Positions 1 to 9,309 of a stretch of 64,000 nucleotides of DNA are shown here, one piece after another. The stretch is from contig JBMFRB010000003.1 in the NCBI GenBank assembly GCA_049968255.1, forward strand, positions 64,001-128,000, read 5' to 3'. The notes under the pieces were generated by a model, which saw only the letters and a list, made by a program, of their open reading frames with translations, ran no database searches and had not been told where the DNA came from. How positions within the stretch are numbered: the first letter of the stretch is position 1; every line of letters starts with the position of its first letter. Made by a program: the position numbers and the translations under genes. Source of the DNA: Candidatus Sumerlaeaceae bacterium. Its GTDB lineage: Bacteria > Sumerlaeota > Sumerlaeia > Sumerlaeales > Sumerlaeaceae.

Positions 1-417
1 CTAGCGCAGAAGAAATTGGGCCTTCTCAAAGAGCGTGTGGAACCGAATCCGCTTGTTGCGCCGGGCGAAATTATCGAGCAAAAGCCGCCTCCGGGCGGAA
101 AAGCCAAGCAGGGCACCTTGGTGCGCGTGGTGGTGAGCAGCGGCCGGGCAAACTATATCGTGCCGGATGTTGTGGGCGAGCGGCGGGAAAACGCTGTCAA
201 CAAAATCCGCGGCGCAGGCCTCGAGGTTGGCGATATTTCTTACCTCGAGAGCGAAACTGTGCCCCGCGACTGCGTGATTAGCCAAAATCCTGAGCCGAAC
301 AAAGGACTGGAGAAATCCGAGCCGGTGCATTTGCTGCTGAGCAAGGGGCCGCCCAAGTCATCTGCAAGTCCTTTGCCTACGCCCCCTGGTGCGGCAGCGG
401 CGACGCCAGCGCCATAA
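1..417 (+). CDS. PASTA-repeat protein, C-terminal part (gene starts before the window; possibly a PknB-like kinase)
   Basis: Frame is open from base 1. Two PASTA-like units (GEIIEQKPPPG..VRVVVSSG; VPDVVG..A..KIRGAGL..VISQNPEP..VHLLLSKG), then a Pro/Ala tail. Confidence 0.85.
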   Translation, partial: LAQKKLGLLKERVEPNPLVAPGEIIEQKPPPGGKAKQGTLVRVVVSSGRANYIVPDVVGERRENAVNKIRGAGLEVGDISYLESETVPRDCVISQNPEPNKGLEKSEPVHLLLSKGPPKSSASPLPTPPGAAAATPAP

Positions 418-570
418 GCCCACGCTTCTACGTTGTGGGTTTCGTGCCCATCGCAGAACTTTGGCCCGAGAACACGTAATCGCATGCAGAGGAGAGGCCC
501 TTTCCTCGCAGGCAATTGTCTGCGCCTGAGCAGCGGTATGGCGTGGAAGCCATTTTGTCCGCACCCTCTC

Positions 571-593
571 CATTGCAAATTGCACTTGCAATG
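571..593. promoter_or_regulatory. Perfect inverted repeat CATTGCAA-N7-TTGCAATG, candidate operator
   Basis: 8-bp arms read directly, about 30 nt upstream of the ATG at 623. Confidence 0.4.
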
Positions 594-622
594 CCACCTT
601 GCGCCGTCCCCATCCTAAAGTC

Positions 623-1975
623 ATGAGTTCACAACCAATGATCAGCGTCGCTGGGATTCGCGGCATTGTCGGCGATTCTCTCACCCCTGAATCTTTCATT
701 CGCTACGTGCTGGCTTTCGGCACCCTTATCGAAGGCGGCCCGGTGGTAGTTGGCAGCGACACACGCCTCACGCGCGACATGATGCGCCACCTAGCGTTTG
801 CCGCATTGGAATCGTGCGGCTGCAAAATTTACGACATCGGACTCGTGCCCACCCCTACGGTGGGACTCATGGTGCGCGAGCTGGGCGCGTCGGGCGGTAT
901 CGCCATCACCGCTAGTCACAACCCAGCCGAGTGGAACGCGTACAAATTCTTTGACGAGCAGGGCTCCTTCCTCACGAAAGAACAGAATCTGCGACTGATT
1001 GAAATCGTGAGCTCGGGTGCATTCCGCAGGGCAACTTATCGCACAGTCGGAAAAGTGAACCGCGTGACCACCGCAATCGAGCGCCACATTGAAAAAGTGT
1101 TGACCGAAGTTGACGTGAAAGCCATCCGGGCCCGGCGTTTCCGCGTTGTGGCCGACTGCGTAAATGGCGTGGGAGCCATGATACTGCCCCCTCTGCTCGA
1201 CAAACTCGGCTGCACGTCGAAACTTCTTTTCGACGATATCAACCGCGAGTTCGCACACAACCCCGAGCCGCTCCCTGAAAATCTCGCAGAGCTTTGTGAG
1301 CAGGTGAGGAAATCCGGTGCAGACCTGGGCATTGCCGTGGATCCCGACGCCGATCGGCTCGCACTCGTCGACGAAACAGGTCGACCGCTCGGCGAGGAAA
1401 GGACAGTGACGCTTGCGGCGGCTTCAATCCTCGAACGGAAGAAAGGTCCTGTGGTGGTGAACCTCTCCACCACGCGTGCTATGGACGATGTGACAAAGGC
1501 AGCCGGCGTTCCGCTTTATCGCACGCCGATCGGCGAAGCCAACGTTGTTGCGAAAATTCGCGCCACGAATGCCGTGTTTGGTGGCGAAGGCAATGGCGGA
1601 GTCATCTATCCAGCCGTGCACTGCGGTCGAGATGCTGCCACTGGCATCGCGCTCATTCTTGATACGCTTGCGCGCAAGGGGGTCGCGCTGTCGCAGCTGA
1701 ACAGCCAGATACCCGACTACAAAATCGTGAAGACCAAGTTTGCGCGCGGCGACCGCAATGTGGCCGAAATTCTCGCTCGTATGCGCGAAGAATTTCGCGA
1801 TGCCCTCGAGCTTGTCAGCGAAGACGGTCTGAAGGCGGTGTTTGCCGATTCGTGGGTGCACCTACGCCCTTCAGGCACCGAACCCGTGGTGCGCGTGTTT
1901 GCTGAAGCCCCTACACAAGCCGCTGCCCAGCAGCTTGTGGACCGCGTGTGGCAGCGCGTGATCAATATCGGCTGA
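623..1975 (+). CDS. Phosphohexomutase (phosphoglucosamine mutase / phosphomannomutase family)
   Basis: Catalytic TASHNP, metal loop DPDADR, GEGNGG and RPSGTEP motifs. Start placed at ATG 623; GlmM vs ManB cannot be resolved. Confidence 0.92.
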   Translation: MSSQPMISVAGIRGIVGDSLTPESFIRYVLAFGTLIEGGPVVVGSDTRLTRDMMRHLAFAALESCGCKIYDIGLVPTPTVGLMVRELGASGGIAITASHNPAEWNAYKFFDEQGSFLTKEQNLRLIEIVSSGAFRRATYRTVGKVNRVTTAIERHIEKVLTEVDVKAIRARRFRVVADCVNGVGAMILPPLLDKLGCTSKLLFDDINREFAHNPEPLPENLAELCEQVRKSGADLGIAVDPDADRLALVDETGRPLGEERTVTLAAASILERKKGPVVVNLSTTRAMDDVTKAAGVPLYRTPIGEANVVAKIRATNAVFGGEGNGGVIYPAVHCGRDAATGIALILDTLARKGVALSQLNSQIPDYKIVKTKFARGDRNVAEILARMREEFRDALELVSEDGLKAVFADSWVHLRPSGTEPVVRVFAEAPTQAAAQQLVDRVWQRVINIG

Positions 1976-2107
1976 AAGCCAAGCCAGACCGGGAGAGCCA
2001 TCCGGAGGCGCGTCACGCCCGGCGAGAATTGCTTGCAGCGGTCATGCCCACGTTGCGAAAAGATTAAGCGTCGCGAGAGAGACAACGATGCAACAGCGGG
2101 CGCAACC

Positions 2108-3334
2108 ATGAGCGGGCGGCTACGGGATCTTGTTTTTGTTGGCGCTGTGGCTTTTGGCGTCGCGACGGGCGCGCACGAGCAGGGGGCTTGCGCAGCGTCG
2201 GCGCGCAAGCCAGCGGCGAGTACTGATGTGGGCGTGCTCGTGCTTCCCGTTCGTCCAGCGGGAAAGAGTGCTCAGGGGCAAGTTCTCCGTGCCTCGATGC
2301 ATGAGGATGATCCTGTGGTTAAGCATGCTCAAACGGCGGAGGCAGAAAACGAGGGGGCCGCTGGCGAATCCCTGAGCACATCCGATAGAAAAGTTGTGCC
2401 GACATTTTACGGAGATTTTGCGCCGGCCTCGCGAATGAGGCACGAGGAGGTCCAAGCACCCCCACAACCCTCCGCGGCGCCGAAAGAGGAGTCTACTTTG
2501 GCATCGCAGGCTCCTGAGGAGCATCGTAGCGCCACTCCATCTGCCGCACAACCTGTCGCAGGCTCCACGACGCTACTCTCATACGAGCGAACCCGCGAAA
2601 TTTTTCGAGAGCTTGTGCCTTCGGCAACGACCTTCGTCACCGACCACCGCCGGCGCCCGGCGAACTGTCCCATTCCGTTGACCCTGCGCGGAAAGGGGTT
2701 CGACGGACGCGACCTTCCCATCGGCCAAGAGGATCCCTACCGCGATCGCCTGCCGCCGAATTTCATGCCGACGGATTTGGTGCTCCTTCCCGCCGAGTAT
2801 TGCTATGCTAGTCAACCGATCTATCTGCGGCGCGAAGCAGCCGAGTCGCTCCTACGGATGATCCGCGACGCGCAGCGCCAGGGGCTGACACTGCGCGTCG
2901 TGAGTGGCTACCGCGACTATAGCCACCAGGAGCGCCTCTATCGCCAGAACGGTGGGCGGCGCGGAGCGCGGACTGTAGGGCGGCCGGGTAAAAGCGAGCA
3001 CATGCTTGGCACTACCGTGGATTTCACTTCCACTGAGCGCTTCTTATTGAAGCCCTCGTTTGCGACCACACCGGAGGGCAAATGGCTGGCCCGCAATGCA
3101 CAGCGCTACGGTTGGAAGCTCACGGTCGTCAGTGGCAATCGCGTCATCGAGCCATGGCATTTCCGCTACTTTGGCAGTGCATTGGGCAAGTCCGTGGCCA
3201 GCGTACCACGCGACGGGGTGGTCAGACGCGCGCTCGACAACGCCACCGCCCCTGTTCGCGGAACTTTGGCAAAACCATTGCGCGCGGCCGAGCGTCTTTT
3301 CGGCTCGATGTTTAAAAGTAAGGCAAGGGAATAA
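2108..3334 (+). CDS. M15B (VanY-like) D-Ala-D-Ala carboxypeptidase with N-terminal anchor and low-complexity linker
   Basis: VSGYR..Q, PGKSEHMLGTTVD (SxHxxGxxxD), EPWH; hydrophobic N-terminus. Start uncertain (2033 or 2108). Confidence 0.85.
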   Translation: MSGRLRDLVFVGAVAFGVATGAHEQGACAASARKPAASTDVGVLVLPVRPAGKSAQGQVLRASMHEDDPVVKHAQTAEAENEGAAGESLSTSDRKVVPTFYGDFAPASRMRHEEVQAPPQPSAAPKEESTLASQAPEEHRSATPSAAQPVAGSTTLLSYERTREIFRELVPSATTFVTDHRRRPANCPIPLTLRGKGFDGRDLPIGQEDPYRDRLPPNFMPTDLVLLPAEYCYASQPIYLRREAAESLLRMIRDAQRQGLTLRVVSGYRDYSHQERLYRQNGGRRGARTVGRPGKSEHMLGTTVDFTSTERFLLKPSFATTPEGKWLARNAQRYGWKLTVVSGNRVIEPWHFRYFGSALGKSVASVPRDGVVRRALDNATAPVRGTLAKPLRAAERLFGSMFKSKARE

Positions 3335-3854
3335 GGTCGGCGGCGTTTGCTGAAAGCGCAAAGCCAGCGACGATCCACGCTGACCACTCGACACATGCCC
3401 TGGACGCGCGAAGAGTGGGGCTCACGTGGCTCAAAGGAATGAGCGAGCGGGAGCATCGCGCTGCACCGGAAGCCATTGACGAGAAGCAGGTGTATAGCAT
3501 TCACTAGCCAGCGGAGACAGACCATCGCAACCTCTTGTGGCTAAAAAAGGCCAAAGAAACGCCTCCAAGGATTGCATTGTTGGATAAGGTTCTCGATCCT
3601 AGGCTGATGGGCTTGGTTCCTCCCCATTCCAACAACGCCAGGCGCCGCCCACCAATGCCAATGAAACGCACTGCAGTCATGGCCGTTGGGTACCCTGACT
3701 GCGCACGCAATCGCCCGGCCCTCAAATTCTCCGCCCTCGGCTGGGGGCGAAAGCCACGTCGGCCAAAAGCTCGTTGCCGTCACTGCCTTATGCAGGGACC
3801 GCGGTCAAGCCGCCTGGCGGCAACTCCTTCATTGTGGCAGTCCGCTATGGCGCC

Positions 3855-4319
3855 TTATTTTACGTCCACGAGTTCGGTTTCGAAAATAAGCGTAGCATTG
3901 GGGGGAATGACAGGCGGAAAGCCGCGCTCGCCGTAGCCGAGTTCGGGAGGGATAGTGAGTCGGCGTTTTCCCCCGACTTTCATGCCGACAAGTCCTTCAT
4001 CCCAGCCCTTGATCACCATGCCGCTCCCGAGCTTAAAAGAGAACGGGCGCTGGCCGGGGTGATCGAAAGAGCTATCGAACTTTTTGCCGTTTGTGAGTTT
4101 TCCGGTATAGTGGACAAAGATCGTTTTGCCGGGCTGAGCTTCGGCGCCGGTGCCAACCACGATGTCTTCAATCTTGAGCCCTGAGGGCAAAACTTGTGTC
4201 ATGGACGTCTCCACATTGGAATGTGTTACGGTCTTTGTCGCTGTGGTTTGGGCACTTGCACCCCCGCAGAGGGCGAGGGTTGTCAACCCGGCCACTAGCA
4301 TTGACACTCGAGGCTTCAT
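3855..4319 (-). CDS. FKBP-type peptidyl-prolyl isomerase, exported
   Basis: Signal peptide; [37 protein letters not shown]. Confidence 0.96.
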   Translation of the reverse strand: MKPRVSMLVAGLTTLALCGGASAQTTATKTVTHSNVETSMTQVLPSGLKIEDIVVGTGAEAQPGKTIFVHYTGKLTNGKKFDSSFDHPGQRPFSFKLGSGMVIKGWDEGLVGMKVGGKRRLTIPPELGYGERGFPPVIPPNATLIFETELVDVK

Positions 4320-4583
4320 TATGCTTTCCTCCGTTTTAGTCGATGCAGAAAATCAGTTGTGCGCGCCAGAACACCGATTTTTTGCGCCGAATGCATCAGG
4401 CTGAAGTTTCTAGGGACATTGTTACATCGCGCGGGAAAAATCATCGTTGCGAAATCCAAAAGATGCGTGGGCTAGTCCGCAAGAGGATGCTTTAGGGCCT
4501 TTTCCCTCGTGGTTTTGTCTGACACTCTGTTAGTTGCTCAATCCACGGTCTTGGCTATTGGGTTAGCTGATGAGACAATGCGC

Positions 4584-4632
4584 CGCGCCCCCCTTCGCTT
4601 TTGGGCTTGTTGCCTACGCTTCGGGGGGCGCG
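4584..4632. other. GC-rich stem-loop CGCGCCCCCC...GGGGGGCGCG just 3' of the peptidase gene (terminator or stabiliser candidate)
   Basis: 10-bp perfect arms at 4584-4593 and 4623-4632; no clear U-tract. Confidence 0.35.
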
Positions 4633-4671
4633 AATCGTTAGTCCTGTGACGTTCGTCTCGCAGAGCGCTGC

Positions 4672-5580
4672 TTAGTATAGGCTCCACTCCTCGACGTGAG
4701 CCGGCGGTAGCACTGTCCAGCCGATGTCCTGGAATGCCTCCTTGGTAAGATCGATGTCGTGATGGGGGCCAAAGTAGGCTGGTTCCATGAGCAAGTTGGG
4801 TGTGTTTGACGGATCCCAATGCGAGATACTCGAGCCGTTTTCGTAGGGGTTGGGCGCATAGATTTTCACGAGCCCGCCCTTTGCGGCCACCACGTTGGGG
4901 CCATTCCAGTAGACCTGGTTGCTCGTCAGTGCTGCCAAGCGCTGTGAGTTCGTCATCGTGTCGAAATCGCCCACGCCTTGCTGGGTGAGCTGCAAACCGT
5001 AGATATCCGGCACGCCTGACAGCCATTGACCGTTCGATGAGTCAATCAAATCGACGAAACCGTAGCCGTGACCGAATTCGTGAAGGACAACTGTGACAAA
5101 GTCGATGTCGCTTCCTGCATTTCCGTCGGTTCCATAGTAAAAGCTCGTGGCACCGAGGACAACGGGGCCGTCCACGTCGGAGTTGAAGACAGCCGTAATG
5201 TCGGGTTGGGGACTGAGGTCGCTGCCATGAAGCTGATTGGCCAACGGCTGCGGATACCAGACGTTGGGCAGCGGTGCCCCCGAGAAGTTTGCATGGACGG
5301 TGGTGAAACCCGCCTGGCCAAGAACCGCGCTGGATGCATTACCGCCGAGTGGATCGAAACTCGCTTGAACTTGAACAGGAACTGTTCCCTGCAGACGGCT
5401 GGCCCACAAATTCATCGTATATTGGAAAGCATTCTGGCGAGCCGTTCCCAAAACAGGATCAAAAAAGCCCTCGCCGGCACTGTCGGTGTAAGTCACGTTG
5501 ACGGGGACAGCCGCAACTTCGAGAGTGGCCGCGCCCAGCAGTGCGACGAGCATACTGAATAGGCTGCGGTGGGTTCGCAT
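4672..5580 (-). CDS. Secreted zinc metallopeptidase (HExxH) with short C-terminal tail PPAHVEEWSLY
   Basis: RBS AAGGAG before ATG 5580; signal peptide MRTHRSLFSMLVALLGAATLEVAA; VLHEFGHGYGF, SSISHWD, LLMEP (Met-turn-like). The longer listed ORF extends through the upstream gene in another frame. Confidence 0.85.
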   Translation of the reverse strand: MRTHRSLFSMLVALLGAATLEVAAVPVNVTYTDSAGEGFFDPVLGTARQNAFQYTMNLWASRLQGTVPVQVQASFDPLGGNASSAVLGQAGFTTVHANFSGAPLPNVWYPQPLANQLHGSDLSPQPDITAVFNSDVDGPVVLGATSFYYGTDGNAGSDIDFVTVVLHEFGHGYGFVDLIDSSNGQWLSGVPDIYGLQLTQQGVGDFDTMTNSQRLAALTSNQVYWNGPNVVAAKGGLVKIYAPNPYENGSSISHWDPSNTPNLLMEPAYFGPHHDIDLTKEAFQDIGWTVLPPAHVEEWSLY

Positions 5581-5585
5581 GGTGG

Positions 5586-5990
5586 TTACTCCTTTCCCTG
5601 CGTGGAAACTGAATCCGTGACAACCGGCTGGCAGTTGAAGTGCAATTGCCCCTGCGCGTCCTTCGTCGTTGTGACAGCGCGATGGAAACGTCCTTTCAGA
5701 TCCACAGTTATTCCGCCAGCGGGATTGTTTTCGACCACAAGTCCCTCGTGGCGCGATGCAGGGGCCTTTTTCACAACCTGTGGCGGCACAGCTTGCACGG
5801 GCTTGCCGTTTGCGTCGAGATTGACAACAAATCCGGCTGCTGCGGTGGTGGATGTTGTCTTTTTGTCGTCTGAAGGCTTGCGCTCGCCGGCGGGGACGCT
5901 CACAGGCACCAACGCTACGAGAAGAGCCATGGCCACGATGGCTCTTGCCGGGCACCAGCCGATGTTCTTGTGCTCCCGTCGTGTTTGCAT
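5586..5990 (-). CDS. Small secreted protein resembling the 'post-PEP-CTERM-1' family that accompanies such peptidases
   Basis: Signal peptide; GFVVNLDANGKP...EGLVVENNPAGGITVDLKGRF...KDAQGQLHFNC pattern. Stop is 5 nt before the peptidase start. Confidence 0.7.
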   Translation of the reverse strand: MQTRREHKNIGWCPARAIVAMALLVALVPVSVPAGERKPSDDKKTTSTTAAAGFVVNLDANGKPVQAVPPQVVKKAPASRHEGLVVENNPAGGITVDLKGRFHRAVTTTKDAQGQLHFNCQPVVTDSVSTQGKE

Positions 5991-6105
5991 TTGCAGGGAC
6001 CCTCCTCGGATTGCATGACGATAGTCACTTTGGAGACAAGCACAATGCTCGTACTCTTTCGTGTGTGTCCACTAAGGATAGGTAAAACAAAAGCGGGGTG
6101 TCAAC

Positions 6106-6423
6106 TTAATGTTTGATCAATGGCGCCGTTGTCTCACTTGACTCGTGCTGAAGGAGTTTCACCACCAGGCTGAATCTTTGCTTCGCTACCCGATCCCCCA
6201 CACTGAGCCGATCGAGCTGATCGCGCGGTAAAATCACTCGGAAATAGCGCCCCTCATCATCACGCACAACCACGTAGCCGTTAGGCCCCTGGTCTGGCAG
6301 CACAATTTGGGTCACATTACCTTGCCACTCACTAAAGAATCCTTGCCCTTTCCAAACGAGGGCAGCTACAAGAAGTAGAAGCAAGACGCCGATACGCGTC
6401 CACTGTCTCTGTTTTGCTGTCAT
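6106..6423 (-). CDS. Small membrane-anchored hypothetical protein (beta-rich, possibly OB-fold)
   Basis: One N-terminal TM helix, ..LSVGDRVAK; start overlaps the ruvB stop (ATGA). Confidence 0.7.
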   Translation of the reverse strand: MTAKQRQWTRIGVLLLLLVAALVWKGQGFFSEWQGNVTQIVLPDQGPNGYVVVRDDEGRYFRVILPRDQLDRLSVGDRVAKQRFSLVVKLLQHESSETTAPLIKH

Positions 6424-7436
6424 TGAAAAAGCTCCATCTGCCGCTTTGGCGTGGCAAATCCCAGATGGCGGTAGGCTGCTTCCGTGGCGACGCGCCCGCG
6501 TGGGGTGCGTTGGATAAAACCTAGCTGAATGAGGAACGGCTCGATCATATCTTCGATGGTCTCTTCGTCCTCGCCAATGGAGACGGCAATGTTGTTCAGC
6601 CCCACGGGTCCTCCGCTGAATTTCTCAATGACGGTGTGCAGATAAGCGCGATCGAGATTGTCGAGGCCCAGTGCATCGATCTCGAGCAGGTTGAGCGCAT
6701 GGGCAGCCATAGCTCCGTTGATGGTGCCATCGCCTTGCACTTGGGCAAAATCGCGCACTCGGCGCAAGATGCGGTTGGCAATGCGCGGAGTGCCTCGCGC
6801 ACGGCGGGCAATTTCTTCGCAGCCGGTTTCGTCCATTATCACACCAAGAATTCGCGCCGAACGACGCACGATCGTCATCATCTCGTCGGTGGAGTAAAAA
6901 TCGAGCCTCTCGGTGATGCCAAACCGAGAACGCAACGGTGAGGAAATCATCCCTGCGCGGGTGGTGGCACCGACCAGCGTGAAAGGGGGCAAGTGAAGCT
7001 TGATGGATTTGGCGTGTGGCCCTTCGCCGATGAGGATGTCAATTTTGAAGTCCTCCAGCGCAGGGTAAAGGCACTCTTCCACGAGGCGGTTGAGGCGATG
7101 AATTTCATCAATGAACAAAACATCACCTTTCTTGAGATCCGTGAGGATAGCGGCGAGATCGTCCTTGCGCTCGATGACGGGGCCGCTGGTGGCCTTGATA
7201 TCGGTGCCCATCTCGTTGGCGATGATATGGGCCAGGGTGGTCTTGCCGAGGCCGGGCGGACCGAAGAGTAGGCAATGATCCAGAGCATCGTCGCGCTGGC
7301 GAGCGGCTGCGATATAGACGCGCAGATTCTCGATGAGGCGGCGCTGACCGATAAACTCATCGAGCCGCTGGGGACGCAACGTTGCTTCTTCGCGATCTTC
7401 TCCCTCGTCGCGCTTGGGGGATACAATAGATGTCAT
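6420..7436 (-). CDS. ruvB: Holliday junction branch migration helicase RuvB
   Basis: [51 protein letters not shown]. Confidence 0.98.
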   Translation of the reverse strand: MTSIVSPKRDEGEDREEATLRPQRLDEFIGQRRLIENLRVYIAAARQRDDALDHCLLFGPPGLGKTTLAHIIANEMGTDIKATSGPVIERKDDLAAILTDLKKGDVLFIDEIHRLNRLVEECLYPALEDFKIDILIGEGPHAKSIKLHLPPFTLVGATTRAGMISSPLRSRFGITERLDFYSTDEMMTIVRRSARILGVIMDETGCEEIARRARGTPRIANRILRRVRDFAQVQGDGTINGAMAAHALNLLEIDALGLDNLDRAYLHTVIEKFSGGPVGLNNIAVSIGEDEETIEDMIEPFLIQLGFIQRTPRGRVATEAAYRHLGFATPKRQMELFQ

Positions 7437-7572
7437 CGCAGCGTCAGTAGTCCCTCATTTGAGAGTGTTCGTGCAATAACCAAAGTGCGCCCCGAGCATT
7501 TCGACGGACCGGAGCGTGGACAATCTTCCCGCATGGTGATTTGCCCTTTGTGGCGTCCGTCGTGGAAAAACA

Positions 7573-7989
7573 TCAATTGCTAAGCAGACGATAAATGGCT
7601 GTGAGCTCCTCGCGGAGCTGTCCGATCGTGTGGGTAATCTCTCGTACCCATTCGTGGTCAGCCGCTCGTGGTGGTGTCGGCATGGCGGGTTGGGCCTCCG
7701 CTACAGGCGTCGAGTTCGCGCCAGCCCCGCGACGCATGGCTTTGAGCTGCTGGCGCGCGCCGGCTAGCGTGAACTTTTGCTGGTACACGAGCTTCTTAAT
7801 CTGAAGAATCAGCTCGATGTCAGATTTGCGGTAACGACGCTCGCCTTTTTCGTCGCGCTCTGGCCGCAGCATCGGGAATTCCGATTCCCAATAACGGAGG
7901 ATGTACGGCTGGATGCCGGTGATTTCCGCCACATCGTTGATACGGAAATAGAGCTTGTTGGGGATGTTGGGCTGCTCTGACTGGCTCAT
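7573..7989 (-). CDS. MerR-family HTH regulator
   Basis: IPNKLYFRINDVAEITGIQPYILRYWESEF..RRYRKSDI..KFTLAGAR; start placed at ATG 7989. Confidence 0.9.
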   Translation of the reverse strand: MSQSEQPNIPNKLYFRINDVAEITGIQPYILRYWESEFPMLRPERDEKGERRYRKSDIELILQIKKLVYQQKFTLAGARQQLKAMRRGAGANSTPVAEAQPAMPTPPRAADHEWVREITHTIGQLREELTAIYRLLSN

Positions 7990-8331
7990 AAGCGATAATC
8001 CTCCATGCGTCGCGTTCTTCGCTCTATTCGGTTCTCGCACTCTCGCTCCAACGCATGCGACAATCAATGAAAGTCCACACGCTCGTTCAAAATCGCGGTG
8101 GTGTGCAACACCCGCCGACACAAGCCAGCGAGGAACACTTCTGTCGCTTTGCTATGCGGTCCCCATGAGTCACCATTGAAATGACGCGGCTATTCTTCGG
8201 TTGTACTTTGCCGTTGTCAAGAGTGGGCGAGGCGGCCACGAAGGGGCTTTTTTGTCTCATGCGATCTGGCATCTTTGCACATGTACGGATATGCTGGACA
8301 ATGCGAGGCGAAGGCGGTTCAAAGCAATTCC

Positions 8332-9057
8332 ATGATTTTGGGAATCGAATCGTCAGGAAACACTGGCGGGGTGGCGCTGCTCGACAAGAACGGTCTGCGT
8401 GGTACGGCGATGGTCACCAGCCGCATGCTTTACTCGCAGCGCCTGTTGCCATCCATTGAGTGGCTGCTGCAGCGCTCAGGCGCTCATATGAGCGATGTCA
8501 CGGGCATCGCCGTGTCGCTTGGCCCAGGGTCATTCACAGGATTGCGTGTGGGACTTAGCACAGCGAAAGGATTAGCTTTTGCGCAGAAGCTTCCGATCGT
8601 CGGAGTCTCTACGCTCGAAGCCCTTGCTCTACGGGCGGCTGTTCCATGGCTTGCTTGCCGAGTCTGTACAGTGCTCGACGCTCGCCACGATCTGCTTTAC
8701 GCGGCACTCTACGTCGTTGCGAACCAGGCGCTGGCTGAGTCCTCTCCTGAATTGGGTTCAGCCGCAGCTGTGCAAGTGCTTCAGCCGCCGCAGGTCAGCA
8801 CGCCGGCGATGGTGGCCGAATGGATTAGCGAACCAACTGTGTTTGCGGGTGATGCCGCCCTCGAGCGTCGCTCAATGTGGCAGAGCTTGCTCGGACCGAA
8901 TTTTCTCCTTCCGCCGATTCATCGCGTGCTGCCTTCTGCCGAAGAAGTGGCATTTCTCGGAGCACAGCGTCTTGTGCGAGGCGAGAGCGATTCCCTGCCT
9001 GCCCTCGAACCATTTTATTTGCGGCGCAGTTATACCGAAAACCGAAAAACGCCTTAG
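8332..9057 (+). CDS. tsaB: tRNA threonylcarbamoyladenosine biosynthesis protein TsaB
   Basis: MILGIESS, GPGSFTGLRVG, VSTLEALA, DAR, LEPFYLR. Confidence 0.95.
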   Translation: MILGIESSGNTGGVALLDKNGLRGTAMVTSRMLYSQRLLPSIEWLLQRSGAHMSDVTGIAVSLGPGSFTGLRVGLSTAKGLAFAQKLPIVGVSTLEALALRAAVPWLACRVCTVLDARHDLLYAALYVVANQALAESSPELGSAAAVQVLQPPQVSTPAMVAEWISEPTVFAGDAALERRSMWQSLLGPNFLLPPIHRVLPSAEEVAFLGAQRLVRGESDSLPALEPFYLRRSYTENRKTP

Positions 9058-9309
9058 CGTGCCCGCTTTGCGCACTCCTCGACAGGAAGCCCACCGTCGC
9101 GTGGCTGACCTGCCTCTGTGGGCCTTTGAGAGTTAGAGCCGGCAAACGAAGATTGAGGGAAGAAAGCGATTATAATAACAGAATAATTAGTTATTGCACA
9201 CATTTATTACCCATAAATCACTTTCAGCCGTCGAGCTTTTTTGCAATTTTCCTTTCACAATGTCGGCAAGCGATTCGATTCCTTCTTGAGCAGCATCAAC
9301 ACGAACGCG

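Noticed and set aside
3335-3854. Short ORFs in the gap between the carboxypeptidase and FKBP genes
   Set aside because: No RBS, motifs or coding-like composition; no convincing RNA structure recognised.
5581-5955. N-terminal 124-aa extension of the listed 427-aa peptidase ORF
   Set aside because: Overlaps the real upstream gene in another frame; RBS and signal peptide mark ATG 5580 as the start.
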